The notes under the pieces: generated by a model | Databases searched by the model: none | The model's input: only the letters and a program-made list of their open reading frames with translations | Told to the model about the DNA's origin: nothing | Assembly: GCA_965649765.1 (NCBI GenBank) | Contig: OZ287748.1 | Span: 94,240,001 to 94,304,000 of the forward strand | DNA from: Bispira polyomma | Taxonomy: Eukaryota | Length of the DNA: 64,000 bases | Reading direction: 5' to 3' | In this document: positions 26,592-39,772 of the stretch, piece by piece | How positions within the stretch are numbered: position 1 is the stretch's first letter | Layout of the letters: the number at the start of each line of letters is the position of its first letter | Position numbers and translations under genes: made by a program

Positions 26592-27334
26592 ATTCTTGGC
26601 TTTGAACTTTGGCCTACTTAAATGTCAGGTGACCCTGGGGGTGTAAAAGTGCTTGTCACTAGGTTTTCTCAGAAAGTATTCATCATAGCTCAATGAAATT
26701 TGGTATGTACCTTGGTAAGGGAATTTTCAGGACGGGAGACGCTGATGAGATTAATTGGATGATAATTGACCGATTGCCAACCGATTGATTTTTATTGAAA
26801 TGCGAAAAATCGGTACTTTTTTGCTATCTCAGAAAGTATTAGGATTTCGGCTTTTTCTTGGTATAAGTTATTCATCTACTTTTTGATTTTATGTATGATG
26901 TAAAAATCTCACAGTTCTAAGTCCAGTACTCAATGAGTACTGAGCTCTATTTTGCTCTATCTTGCACTTTTGTCAACTTTTCTTTTGAAGTACTTGTCAT
27001 GGTTCAATGAAATTTAGCATGCATATTGCAAATACCAAAGCATAGATGTCCGTAAATTTTTAGATCAATCTGGTGATAATTGACTGATTGACAGGGTCGA
27101 TCAATCATACAAAATGGGGAAAAAAATGTGTTGAAGGGTGCTTTTTTGAGCGTGTGAGGATTTTTTTTATTTTTAATTTTAGACCAGTACATGCAGCGCG
27201 TAACTTTTAAAGAATAGCCTGGATTTTTATTTGTTTTTTACCCCATCCAAAAATATGCGATCGTTACTGATAAAAACACTATTTCAATTTCAAAAATTTT
27301 AAAAAAATTTATTTTTTAAAGCGTCCATTATCTC

Positions 27335-28104
27335 TGTTACGGTCACGGGAGCAAGCGCGGTAGCAATTACCTGTTACTTTGAGGTTGTAACAGGAAAAGA
27401 CAAAAAGTTTCACTTAACAAATTTATTAACAAATAAAATAACAATTACAGAATTACAGTCAACTGAGATACCCTTAATAGCTCATACAATAATACAATAA
27501 TGAAACCAATCTGACCTGACCACAGTCCTGTCCACATAAATAACAATTAAACAAGTTTGTCCACTGTATCCAGCAATCTGTCTTGAGATCCGCTCAGTGT
27601 CCACACAATGCCTGTATCCTGTTATCCCTTTGGTGTCCTCGAACACAAAATATATATATATATTCAGAGAGTCTACACAACTAAGCTATCCAATCCAGGA
27701 TGCAAAAATATCCAATATGCAGTAAATCCAATCCCTGGTAGATCCACAACTTTTATCTAGTTCACTCCAATGAGTTCACCACAAAAACATATATAGTAAT
27801 CAGTTTATATCCACAGGAAAAGAAATAAAATGTTTCACAGTATAGCAGTTCATATAGCACACCAACTCAATAAACTCTTGTCTGTGGCCAGACTGTCAAC
27901 CCTTTTCTATACAACTGCTAGAGAAGGCTCTAGAATATGTAAGCAATTGCTAGAACATTCCAGAGATGAGATATACATATGAACACAACTTTAATAACAA
28001 CAAAGAACCAGCTTCTAGAAGCTTAGGGGTTTCCCCAATTCTATAAATAGATCACTCTAGCAGAGTGCTTTAACATACATACCACAATGTCCTTATATGT
28101 AACA
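27335..28104 (-). mobile_element. Solo LTR (Gypsy-like), 770 bp
   Basis: Inverted termini TGTTAC ... GTAACA with a 4-bp TSD TCTC. Removing it restores the host repeat motif TTATCTCGGAAACGG. Minus-strand AATAAA at about 27422-27427 suggests the orientation. Confidence 0.85.
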
Positions 28105-28756
28105 TCTCGGAAACGGTGCTAGATAGAGCGATTTCGAGCTCATTCTTGACCCACAGGGTTGATTTTGCTTATATGTAAACTTTCACAAAATTTTCTATTT
28201 TGGCGGCCATCTTGAATTTCTGCGTCTTTTTCGAAAATGTCTAATATCTCGGAAACGGTGCTAGATAGAGCGATTTCGAGCTCATTTTTGACCCACAGGG
28301 TTGATTTTGCATATATGTAAACTTTTAAAAAATGTTCAATTTTGGCGGCCATCTTGAATTTCTGCGTCTTTTTCGAAAATGTCTGTTATCTCGAAAACAG
28401 TGCTAGATAGAGCGATTTCGAGCTCATTTTCGACCCACAAGGTTGATTTTGCTCATATGTAAACTTTCAGAAATTTTTCAATTTTGGCGGCCATCTTGAA
28501 TTTCTGCGTCTTTTTCGAAAATGTCCTTTATCTCGGAAACGATGCTAGATAGAGCGATTTCAAGCTAATTTTCGACCCACAGGGCTGATTTGCCTTATAT
28601 GTAAACTTTTGAAGTAATTTTTGATTTGGGCAACCATCTTCAATTTCTGCGTCTTTTTCGAAAATGTCTGTTATCTCGGAAATGGTGCTATATAGAGCGA
28701 TTTCGAGCTTACATTTGACCAAAAGTACTGATTCTGCTTATATGTCAACTTTTAAA
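28105..28756. repeat. 142-bp tandem array, about 4.6 copies, inside HINE family B
   Basis: ATCTCG.AAA..RTGCTA.ATAGAGCGATTTC recurs at about 28104, 28246, 28388, 28530 and 28673. Confidence 0.92.
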
Positions 28757-29333
28757 CAATATCAAACCTTGTACACTAAACAATTTCATTATTATTTTAA
28801 CTTTAGGGAGGCTTCGTTTTTGTTATCAAAAACCGTTTTCTAGTTGTCTTTCCACCTGTTAGATCCGCTGTTCCATCTAAGGGGAAATATACCCACCGTA
28901 GCTTGTCCAGATAAATTTTACAAAAGGAAACAGATAGAAACATGCTGATTACTGGCAGACAAGAGTTACAGTAGTAATAGGGAAATAGTCTAAAAGGGGT
29001 GGCAATTGTCAAAAACAGGCGGAAACAGGCGATTATTGGTACAGCAAACTAACAGTAATGATATTGAAATACTCTGAAATTGGTGGAAGGATTTTTTCCG
29101 TTTTGACCCTACCCAAAACTTTCGCCTGGCACGGCTGATTGTAGAAGGTTTAGGAAGGAAGCTGAAGTTAAGGAAAGTTATAGATAGGGTTCACCGCAGT
29201 ACAAGACGATTTTCAGAACGTCTCTTGCCACCTCTGTCTGCCGTTATAGTGTGATCCCCACATTAGAAGGCTGTAACCAGGTAGTAATGATGCCATACCA
29301 TCAGAGTGTGAACCCCACATTAGCTGTGAAGTA

Positions 29334-29518
29334 CAGTAAAACTTCCAAACATGTCAGGGAGCAATATTTTTGTTTGGATAATAGAATTTGTTCATAAAAT
29401 AGACCAGGTATTTTAGTATAGAACAAGACATGTAGTAAGATATACATACAGGAGAGTGAAATTAGTTTATAAAATCAATATTTAGATAATAAAAGTTTGG
29501 ATAATCAAGGTTTTACTG
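29334..29518. mobile_element. Tc1/mariner-pogo-type MITE, degraded
   Basis: TA|CAGTAAAAC ... GGATAATCAAGGTTTTACTG; internally similar to 13671-13874. Confidence 0.6.
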
Positions 29519-29617
29519 AAATTCTTTGGATTGTTGCAGCTTAGGATCTGCCACTTAATTGCTTCAAATGTGATTGTTATATACAGTTAAACCTTTTTGT
29601 ATAAAAAATTCTGTTTA

Positions 29618-29930
29618 GCAGTTAGAGTGTCAGACTTTGAATCTGATAGACCTGAGGGTTCCAGTTCAATGCCTGCTGCTGGCCTGGTGATTGTACCCTT
29701 GGATAAGGTACTTTACACAAAGTTGTCCCTCTCTACTCAGGTGTATAAATACGTACCGTGCCGCTAATGGGTGTGAATCTTTGTGCACCATATGTGACAG
29801 CACGGATAGTATGCTTCCTGAGGGAGCTAAGACTGAACAATTGGAAGTTGACAAGTGAAAGAACCAAGGCTGGGATAATAATGTCAAAGCCCATTAGATA
29901 ACAATGATATTCATAACTGCATTATATCAA
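29618..29930 (+). mobile_element. Old SINE with a CORE/Deu-like central domain
   Basis: tRNA-like head remnant, then GTACCCTTGGATAAGGTACTTTAC...CTCTACTCAGGTGTATAAAT.CGTACC, resembling conserved SINE central domains as I recall them. Confidence 0.55.
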
Positions 29931-29940
29931 GTGATAATTA

Positions 29941-31309
29941 TTGTATCCACCGAGGTGGATACTTTGGTTTAGTGTTGGCGCCGCCGCAGGGAGATTTTCA
30001 CCGTTAACACTCTCAGTGGAAAACTAGACCAGCTAGCTTCACCAAATTGCAGGATATCTTCATTGGGAGGTAAGCATCTCTGCGACTAAAATAAGCCTCA
30101 TTCTGAAAAACAAGATGGCCGCCATGGGCATTTCTTTGAATATTATCTACCTTTTTCTACTGGCTGGTTGTCGTAACTAGAAGGTTGAATCTCTTCATAG
30201 GTGATATGTATAACAGATATATATGTCCTTTACAGACAGACATTTGACCTTTAAGCTCTTCATTCAAGGTCATCCACAGAGTTCAATTAAGGTCATCCAC
30301 GGAGTTTCAAAGTACCCCACATAGCAGACTTTAAAAGTGCCTATATCTCCCTTATTATTTGTCCTAGAAGTTTGGCATGTAAAGCAAACCTATAGGAAAT
30401 CATTGGCTGGGAATCTTCTGATGTGGTAAGGTTTGACCTTGGGCCCCTCATTCACGATCAAAGGAGGATAACCAAACTTAAAAGTGCTTATAACTCGCTT
30501 ATTATTGGTTCTAGATGTTTGCAATGTAAAACCAACTTTTTGGTAATCATGGGCTAGGACTCTTCTGATGTTGTTAGATTTGACCTTGGGCCAGTCCTTC
30601 AAGGTCATACATGTGTAGTTAAACTTAAAAGTGCTTAGAACTTGCTTATTATGGTCCTACAGATTTGAGATGTGAAACCAACCTATAGGAAATCATGGGC
30701 TGGGAGTCTTCTGATGTAGTCAGGTTTGACCTTGGACCCCTCCTTCAAGGTCAAACAAAGATAGCCAATCTTAAAAGTTCTTATAACTCGCTTATTATTG
30801 GTCCCACAGTTTTAAGATGTTAAACCAACCTACAAGAAATCATGGGCTAGGACTCTTCTGATGTGGTCAGATTTGACCTTGGGCCCCTCCTTCAAGGCCA
30901 GAGGAGGGAAGTTAAACTTAAAAGTGCTTATAACCTGCTTATTATTGGTCCTAGACATGTGGAATGTCAAACCAACCAAAGAAAATCATTGTCGTAAAGA
31001 TTTGGGATGTAAAACCAACCTACAAGAAATCATAGGATGCTAATCTTTTGGTCACATTTAACCTTGCATCCCTTGTGCAAGGTCAAACAGGTACGTCAAA
31101 CTTTAAAGTGCCGATGACAGACTTATTATTGGTCCCACAGGTTTGCAACGTCAAACCCACTTGTGCCATTTAAGGCTTTAGCATAAATGCCCTATAGGTA
31201 ATCATAGGCTTCCAGCTTAGGTGCTAGCTAGAGTGCTTGCTACCGCGAGTGCTTTGTCTTTTTAGTGGATACAAATATGCATCGGTTCTCCGATGCACTA
31301 GGTCTAGTT
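29941..31309 (+). mobile_element. HINE/DINE-1-like element, family A, about 5 internal 147-bp units
   Basis: 5' hairpin GTATCCACC-GA-GGTGGATAC; units at 30331, 30478, 30625, 30771 and 30918; 3' GTGGATACAA, stem-loop TGCATCGG-TTCT-CCGATGCA, CTAGTT end. Confidence 0.88.
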
Positions 31310-31949
31310 GTTATTATTGTTAGTCTTTTTTTGTCTTTTACGTGAATACAAATACAAGTAGTCCCAGAAAAGCATTTGTTTTAAAATCTACCTGTTTCAG
31401 TTGAAGTATTTCCTGTAGTCCCTTGATGTGTAACTTAAAAGTGTTCAATTGGATATAGCTTGCCAATTTAAAATCTGTTATCTATTAACACAATAGTATG
31501 TCTATGCAGCTGGTATATATGCTAAATATTAAGGTAATTTAAATGTCTTAAATGTTAATGGATTAGATAAAAAAAATTCCAATTTTTTTTGTCAACAGAA
31601 TTAACAATTCGTCCCCTTTTAAAAATACCATCATTAATATGAATGATCTGTTTTCAGGGTTAATAGATGGATGACTATTACAAAATGAATACACAAAACC
31701 ACTGTAAATTACCTTTACCTTTAAAGCGTGTAGTAGCAGTGTAGGACACACCTGTGATGTCAGGAATAATTGATGAGTGGGGTCAGCAAGTGCAGCATGG
31801 GTGCCGGGTAGATATTACCACAGGTGGAGAGCATACTGTCAGTATACAGTAAAGTGTCTGAAGTATGCTCCGGGTAGGAATGTGTTCACAATACATTAAT
31901 AAAAATATAGGTAAAATAGATGTATAAAATAGAAGTGAATTATCTGTGT

Positions 31950-32260
31950 TCTTCCTTGGCCTAGTGGTTAGGGATCGAATTGGTCTAGGGATTGGAAGGA
32001 CTCTGGTTTAACTCTCCAGCTGGAGGGATTTGATCTAAGGAATTGGAAGGTCCCTGGTTCGAACTCTGCTTATACTGCTAGGTTCATTGCTTAAATAACA
32101 CATCCTTGGGCAAGATGTGAACACGCCATTGCCGACTGGTGATGACCGGGCTATAGATGTTATAGCACTGTCCCTTTACGGAGAATGAGCGCTGTGTTGT
32201 AAGCGATCTGTAAAGCCCCATCAACATGATGCCATACACATGCTTTCATTATAATGATAA
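31950..32260 (+). mobile_element. tRNA-derived SINE, family 2, with a partly duplicated head
   Basis: A box TGGCCTAGTGG, B box GGTTCGAACTC, then CATCCTTGGGCAAGATGT; the segment TCTA.GG.ATTGGAAGG..C.CTGGTT occurs twice. Confidence 0.65.
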
Positions 32261-32471
32261 CAATAAAAAACTTAAAAAATACAGTGGACGCAGTGGTGTA
32301 TTGGACATACCTACCTAATTACCTTTGGAATAATTGATGTGGGGCATATTATGTGTTAGTCACTGTAAATACTTTCTGTACACAATCTATGTGTTACTAC
32401 ACCTTGCATGATGTATAAAATGTGTGCAGGCAAATACATACACTCATCAATAGCCATCCTAGATATATGTA

Positions 32472-32698
32472 GAGTAAGGAATCTGAAATTTGCCACTCTA
32501 TCTGAAATTCGCCACACCCCTGAAATTTAAGCCAAATCAATAAAAACTGGCCAAAAATAACTGGAATATAGGTAAGTAACGCAAAATAGTCACAAAACTC
32601 GCAATTTTAGCAAAATATTACCCACAGTTCTACCCAAAACACAACATTTTCTAGGTGGCGAATTTCAGATAGAGTGGCGAATTTTCAAATCCTTACTG
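32472..32698. mobile_element. TA-flanked MITE with long TIRs
   Basis: AGTAAGGAATCTGAAATTTGCCACTCTATCTGAAATTCGCCAC mirrored at the right end; second copy at 55927-56130. Confidence 0.8.
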
Positions 32699-35600
32699 TA
32701 CATAGTGTTTGCTAACCCAAGACACACACATAGACCCTGATTGATTGATTGACTGCCTTATATATGCAGTACTTTTTTTAACTGTCTGTGAAAAAAACAA
32801 ACAAATAAAAAATGAAATAATGCTGTACAGGAAGGAGTAAGTGCACTACTATATAGGCCCTACCAGATCGAAGGTAGAAAAAAAATAAAGGATGTATCTG
32901 GTTTAGATTTGTCTAATAGATAGAAGACCATTTCAGCTCTCATCGTGGGCACTATTGATTTTAATTATGGTAACTGCAATTTAGCAATTGTATTTCTTTT
33001 GAAAGCAATTACATGCATTTGTTTGCTTAGTATATCTTTGTCTCTTCCCAATCTATATACACAATAAATCGGCCCATTTTATATCCTGTTTCGTACACAC
33101 TGTTAGTATAATGCTACAGGTGGAAAAGTTCCCTAATTAAAATATATATACTGGTACAAGCTGGCGTACCTGTGAGTGATTCAGTTCTGTTTTTATTGCT
33201 CCTAAATGCATAACAGCATGGGTGGGTTCTCTAGTTGTGCTTCATTTGTGTCTGTGCAAGACTGAAAAACGTGGCTTATTATTTTATTTTTTCTTGGCTC
33301 TTAAAAACTGGGGGATTTCCTTATTTCCTCGTTCTTGAGTTAATTTATTTGTCTAATAAATTAGTTTAACGAATAAAGATAAATACTAAATGATTAATAT
33401 GTGTTGTACCTCTGTATATGAAATCTTAAAATCAAAATAAAGTGGGAATATTCTTTATTTATCATGATGTTATATGGCTGTATATATCCGGGGCTTTGTT
33501 TATTTTCACCAATTTATTTGTTTTACAAACGCCCACACAGTTAAAGGAGTAGTTATTACAAGCTTATATCAATATAAAAACCAGGAATGACAACACATGT
33601 TTTAACATTGCTTGATACAGAACTACATATAATAGTGTTATTTGTGTATTGTATAGTAAAAATACACTATGATTTAACAATGTGTTTATTATGACATGAA
33701 AGTAATTCAACTAACACACTATGTTAACTGGACTGGAATTCTGTCTTTAATCAGTCAGGCACCCTAAATAGAGCAGTGTAATGTAGTAATGTCAATGGTA
33801 ATAAAACTATAACAGGAGGGGAACTGCGTTATATTGACATTATTGTTTAATTTTTTAAGAAGCATTGGATAATAAAGTTGTTGTGTGTTACACACTTGAT
33901 GTGTGGGTTGTTTAGTTCTGGATCAGTAATCCGAAATAACAAGCTAAGTACAGGAGAAACACTTTCTCCTCAGGAATGTCTTTTTGTAGTATACACACAC
34001 ATGGCACTTGTATGATATCATTATATTTAGAGAGTTTCAGCCGACTTTTCTACGTTTTAATACAAGGTTCATAATGATATTCATAAAAGCAGGACAGAAA
34101 AGACTGTGGTTAAATGTGTAATCAGATATATAGACGTACTGTTTAAATTTTAAGTATATGTCTATAATATATTCTGACTTCTAGTTCTGGGATCTTTTTC
34201 ACTTATATTGTTTTGTGAATGAGTGTATATGTACTACTTAATCAAAGATATATAGACACGGTACATGGTAATAGTATGTGTCATTTGGAAGTAGTGTGGC
34301 AAGGAAAGGTGAAAGAACAGGGATAGAAACAGAAAGTGTAGTTTAAAAATATAATGAGGATATTATCGGATAATATTATCCAATCCTTTCCTATATCGTA
34401 AGGTGACAAGTCATTTACTTTTTTAATTATGACAAATTGGGTGGTTTCTTCTTGATAAAAGTGTTATTATGCATTGTAAACTTTATAATAAAAAAAAGGA
34501 TATATTTATCGAATGGGAAGACATAGAGGAATCCTTTGGTATGTTTCATTTTTGCAAAGAATGTCTTTTTTCAATATTTTTTTTGAAAAAAAAAAAACAG
34601 AAAAATATATGCAGACCATAAAAAGGGAATTTAAAGATGATTAGATACTAAATTTGAATGTGACGTTTTTTATCTATTTTATGTATTCTAGTTTGTTTTT
34701 TTAGTAAGGAAGAAGGGATATAGTGTTTCTGTCAAACTATTTGGGGCTCTATATATAAGGGTGTTGCGTTAAGGAGGGTATTTTTCTCTGATGGGTTACC
34801 GTGGTGTATCTTTTAATAAGAGGGTTTTCATTCACAAGGGAAAGAATCTATATAATGGAATCTGAGAATATTCGTTTGTGCCATTGTAACCTCATATTCT
34901 ACCAATCTATCTATCTCTCTCTATATATAAAAGATACATGTATATGTGTGTCATGAAGTAATACAAAACACTTCAAAGAAAGAATCAAATTCCCTGTGTA
35001 TGTATCACACTCATGGGTTTTTTTTTATTCTTTAATAATGACAAAGATTTGTGTGTTTTTTTTTCTCCTATCAGACACTATTTTTCACCCTGTTTAAGTC
35101 TGTCTAGAAGAGTGTATTTTGTGGACCTTTAGTGTCTTTTCAGTACGTTTGTTCATGGAATCAACATGCTTTGGAATCTTCGTTTGCTCGAAAAGTGAAG
35201 TTCAACGCGGATATATATATAGGATATGAAGTAGTTAAACAATATTTATACAGCATTGGATACATAGTGGAATTGTATAAATGATACGGTGTGAATCCTT
35301 TATGTTATTATGGATGAACCTTTTAAAAAAAAAAAGGACTTTGTGTCATTTGTGCTATGCATGTGTGTTCCCTTACATAAATGCCACTTAAACATGGAAA
35401 TTCCAAGTGGTCATGTGTTTGGAGAAATACAGTGAAAGAGTGATATATATTTTTTAAAAATGCCGATATACCCCAGATAAAACGGTAATGAACAAGAATA
35501 TGATTTAACTTGTGATATATATGACAAAAAATATACTGTGGACAATTACTGATCTAAAGATATTGTCCCAGTAACAGTTACATAATCAAAAAGATATAGA

Positions 35601-36100
35601 CTGGCAGGAGGAATAACATACAGGATTCCTCAATGTTGTTATCTTTAGGTGATGTGTACTTTACAAAAGTTACTGTTATATAACATTAGCAGTAAGCTGT
35701 TTTTTCTGTCTAAGTAAATAAAATTGTGGAACTGAACAACAGTAACTAGTAGAAGATATAGTTTTACACATATATATGATATATACATGTTTATTTTAAG
35801 TTTCTGTCTGCAATCACAGAAATGATATTGATAACAAAGTTACTTCATCTAATAAGCAGGGGAAAAAACTAACTATAAACTATTTTTTTGTTTGCAGTGT
35901 TCAGTTAAGTTTGGAATATACTTGTAATCTCAAGCTATTTGGATTGGTTTGAGTTTGTTTGAATGGTAGGGGAATGTTTTCTCTGGGTAGACAAGGGTTA
36001 TCAAGACAGTGAGGACCTGTATGTATGGGGAGTGTTTACCTGTGTGTCAGATTGTGTGGATATAGTTCCTGATTTCAGACATTTCTAGGGGACACACACC

Positions 36101-36151
36101 ATGTCCGTCATGCTGTGGAAGTGGGAGAAGAATAACTTCCATGTCAAAAAG
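36101..36151 (+). CDS. Candidate alternative first coding exon C (MSVMLWKWEKNNFHVKK)
   Basis: Start context CACACCATG, 17 codons, strong donor AAG|GTAAGC, phase 0; preceded by about 3 kb without recognisable transposons. Confidence 0.55.
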
Positions 36152-36640
36152 GTAAGCAAAAAACGTCTTCACAAGTTTACAACTCACACATAGTCTTTGC
36201 CTAAAGCTCAAGAATTTTAGTCATCAATTGTCATTTGATTTTGGAACAATCTCAAATGTATCCACACTAAAGTTATCATAAAGTAAACATGATGTTTAGT
36301 TGGGGTCCATATTCACCATCTGTCATCCATGTGAAAAAGGGTTAAAACAAACAGGTCTTCACGACTTACTAATACTTAGACTTGACTCAGGCTCAAGAAG
36401 TTTAACGTCAATTCTCTTTTGAGATACATGGAACAAACTCAAATGTTCATACACATATGTTATTATAAGGTACTCATGGGGCTTTATATTTAACTACATG
36501 TGAGACAAGTTAGCAAAGATGTCTTTGCACCTCACAAATCCATTGCTTTGCTTAAAGCTCAAGTTTTACAGCAATTTCTCATTCAATTCGAAGCAATTTG
36601 AAATGTACACACATTTTAAGTTTTCATAAAAGTAAAATGA
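36137..36640. repeat. Old diverged triplication, unit about 170-190 bp
   Basis: CATGT.A.A.AAG..T.A..AAA..GTCTT...GCTCAAG...CAATT...AAATGT...CAC...GTT.T.ATAA.GTA recurs near 36137, 36326 and 36495. Confidence 0.65.
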
Positions 36641-38629
36641 ATTCTTTCCTGGTTAGTGGTTCGATTCCAGAAAGGTTAAGAACAGGGTTGGTATTCAGAA
36701 AGACTTAATTTTAAATTTTTGTGTCAACCAGTTTGATTAGCTCAAAATATTCTTACAAAGAACCTGATTGGTTGAGACAAAGACAATTCTGAGAATGTTT
36801 GCAAATATGACCACAAATTGCAGTCTTTGTAAATATGGCCTCAGATCTTTATGTAGGAATAGAAGAGTTATGCAATAGCAGTTAATGTCTTCACTGTATT
36901 TTTAGATAGCTAGAATTCTTAAGAATTCATTATTTATCCAAGAATTTGGAGTGTCAAGCCTTGGGAAAGGCTAGATAAAACAATAAAAGGATCTACATTT
37001 CCTATCAACAGTATAAAAAAGCCTGGTTCATAGTGTTCCCCAAAATGTTTCCATAATGCTTATGTATAGACATATTATAACACATAGATCACTATTTAAA
37101 ACTGCTGCCTCAGTTTTGATACATTATTAAGTTTCAGGTTCCCACAATATTTTGAGTCCTTATCTGTCATAAGTCTGTCACCATATGCTTATCAAGTCAA
37201 TACAAGGCATACTTATTACAAAGATTTCTACTCTGTAAATTTTTGTATCAAGAAATATGATTGGCTAGTCAAACTCAGTGAAGAACTAACAAAATTGTAA
37301 GAATGGTTTATGTGTGAGAATGTTTGTGAATGTGGCCCTTGATAAGCCTATGTGTCCATGACGCAGAACGCTGACGGATCCTAAGAATAATAGATACTTC
37401 TCTTTGGGTAATCATGGTGAGATACACAATGTTTACAAGCTGACAGCCAACTCTGACTGATTTTTATCGAAAAGTGGCCAATGCTGCTCTTTCCATATTA
37501 AATTGGAAATTTTGTTCTGGTCAGGCGACAACATTTTCACCCAGTTTTCTTTTGAATTTTTGGATAAAATTTGGGATGTACACATGGCTTATATACCGAG
37601 GATTCTAATGATATCTTACTTGAAAAGGATCATCTAATTATTAAAGCACATGTGAGAAAGGTAAAAATGTAAAAGTAATTTTACTAATACTAATTAAGTT
37701 GATGTTTGAGCTCTGGTTCAGCATCTTAAATTCAGAGACCCTAAGCCTCGGCTTCCTTTTAGCATGTTTTTCTTTGCCGATGTTAACGGTCATTACATAA
37801 TACCGGTACTACCAAGTTCTTCTATTCAACATATTTCCATCAGATCAGACGCCTGTTACACCATCAAAATTTATCAATCAGGGAGCAAAAAAACACGGGA
37901 GGTCAGTCTGATTTTTAACAAAAATTAAAATAAAAAAAATTTATATTAAAATATTTAGTACACATCGGATGAAAGGAAGTGCTGCATTGGCTAATGTCAG
38001 ATTGGCTAGGATTTAAATAAATCGGCTGACTTTGGTGACTGCTGAAAGGAAGCCCAGACTTATTTGTTGTATTTATCTGCCAAAAATAAAACACAAGAGG
38101 AATTGTAAGTTGATAAATAGAGTTAAAATGTGAAGTTAAAGCATATGTGTCTGCACCATTGACAACATTGTTAGATGTATTTCCTTCCATATGACATGAT
38201 TAACACTGAATGTATTGTGTGGGAATGTGTTTTGACCTGAATTAATGAAAAGTTTCATCTCCAACTGTTTCTTAACCAGATGTCACTTTTGTTTTCACAA
38301 TATTTATGGGGTGGCTAAGTCAAAATAATAAATATTTGCTTTCTGTGTTCAATGCATGTAGCTTTAAATATTTCATTGGTCTCACTACACGCTGGCATTC
38401 TTGTCTGAATAACAGACTTGTAGCACACAAAATTACAAATAATATATTGATTGATAACAATTTGAAAATAATTCATGACACAGTTTTCATTTAGTAGAGT
38501 TGAATTCTATCAACCTATTTTCTCTGCTGTTTCCCCAAAGAATAAAAGTTGTTCTATTATCATTTTAAATAATTTAGATTTTGTGTGTGTGTGTAGAGGG
38601 AGTTTGGAGAGATAGGTTTTGAGCTTTCT

Positions 38630-38790
38630 GCTAATCCCAGAAAGTGTTTGCAGTGATCTGATAAGCTCAACTGGGAGACCATGTCAAAGGAGCAGCGATT
38701 GAAATCTAGATCCAGCTCTCTTCGTGGGTTTTACAGAGGAAACAAAATGTATCTTTTCCCCTGATTTAAGGTTACTGAAGGAATGGTGGG
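38630..38790 (-). mobile_element. L2 ORF2 3' remnant
   Basis: AAGCTCAACTGGGAGAC and TCTAGATCCAGC are shared with 53700-53800. Confidence 0.55.
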
Positions 38791-39772
38791 CTGTTGAGAG
38801 ATATGACAGCTTTGAAAGTGGTTATATGGATTTTAAATAATATTCTACAGTAAAAGTAAGAAGTCAATGTAATTGTTTTATGTATGTAGAGACATCAGTA
38901 CGGATTCCCAGATAAAAAATGACACAGATAGTTTTGAATGGACTGTAACTTATACCAAAAATTTAAAGTTCCCTGGATTCACACCTCTATATGTCTCCAC
39001 AATAACATTTCATGGATTCTTCCTTGGCAAGAGGCCCATTGCTAACCAAATTTGATCTAAATCAGTTCAGTAATGTTCGTTGTAGTGTGACAAACTAATA
39101 AACCAACATACACAGCAAAAAAACATTACCTCCCTGACACAGGTCATAATTAGGGTAATGTACAAGACACTGATGGAATGGGAAATGATTTTTATGCGAT
39201 TCCTATTAGCCTGTTATAAAATAAACCAAAATTAGTACGAGTATTTTCAGAAATAAAGGTGAAAAAGTGAAATGCATTTCCCTATAAAATGTCATCATTG
39301 TGAGTAGTGTTCTTGAGAAATGTATAAATCATAAGTCAGTTTTATATGACTCATTCAAAGGTACATGTGTTAAGGTTAGTTCAGGTGAGAGAAATGGTAT
39401 TGAGTCCCTGCCATTAACATGGAGAGGTGTCAAAATTGACAATGAAGTGTTAAATGAAGCGTTCCAATAGTACTTTTGACATAGATTCAAAGCTAGTTGT
39501 ATGTCTACTTGGTTCTAATTGCTTTTATACATAGTTTGTATCCAGAAAAAGAGGGCATTGTATCAAATCATTGTTTACACATATAGCCTCCAGGTTTTTC
39601 CTTACTTATGACAATCCTAAGTGTATATCAACAATTTTTTTATGCCAGAAAATCAGATAACTCGTCTACAAAATATTGATAGGAACAAAAAAGAAATTAG
39701 TTTTCTTGTATAGTTATGTCTTTGGTGATAGATCTAATGTATTTTCTGTGACAAGATTGAACAAATGAGTAA

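Larger units (their letters stand above)
25113..28845 (+). mobile_element. HINE/DINE-1-like element, family B, interrupted by a hAT element and a solo LTR
   Basis: 5' subTIR AAGCGTCCCT with downstream GGCGCTTA, a GCC microsatellite at about 25165-25196, a 142-bp array, 3' subTIR AGGGAGGCTT, stem-loop TTTTTG..ATCAAAAA and CTAGTT end. Confidence 0.7.
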
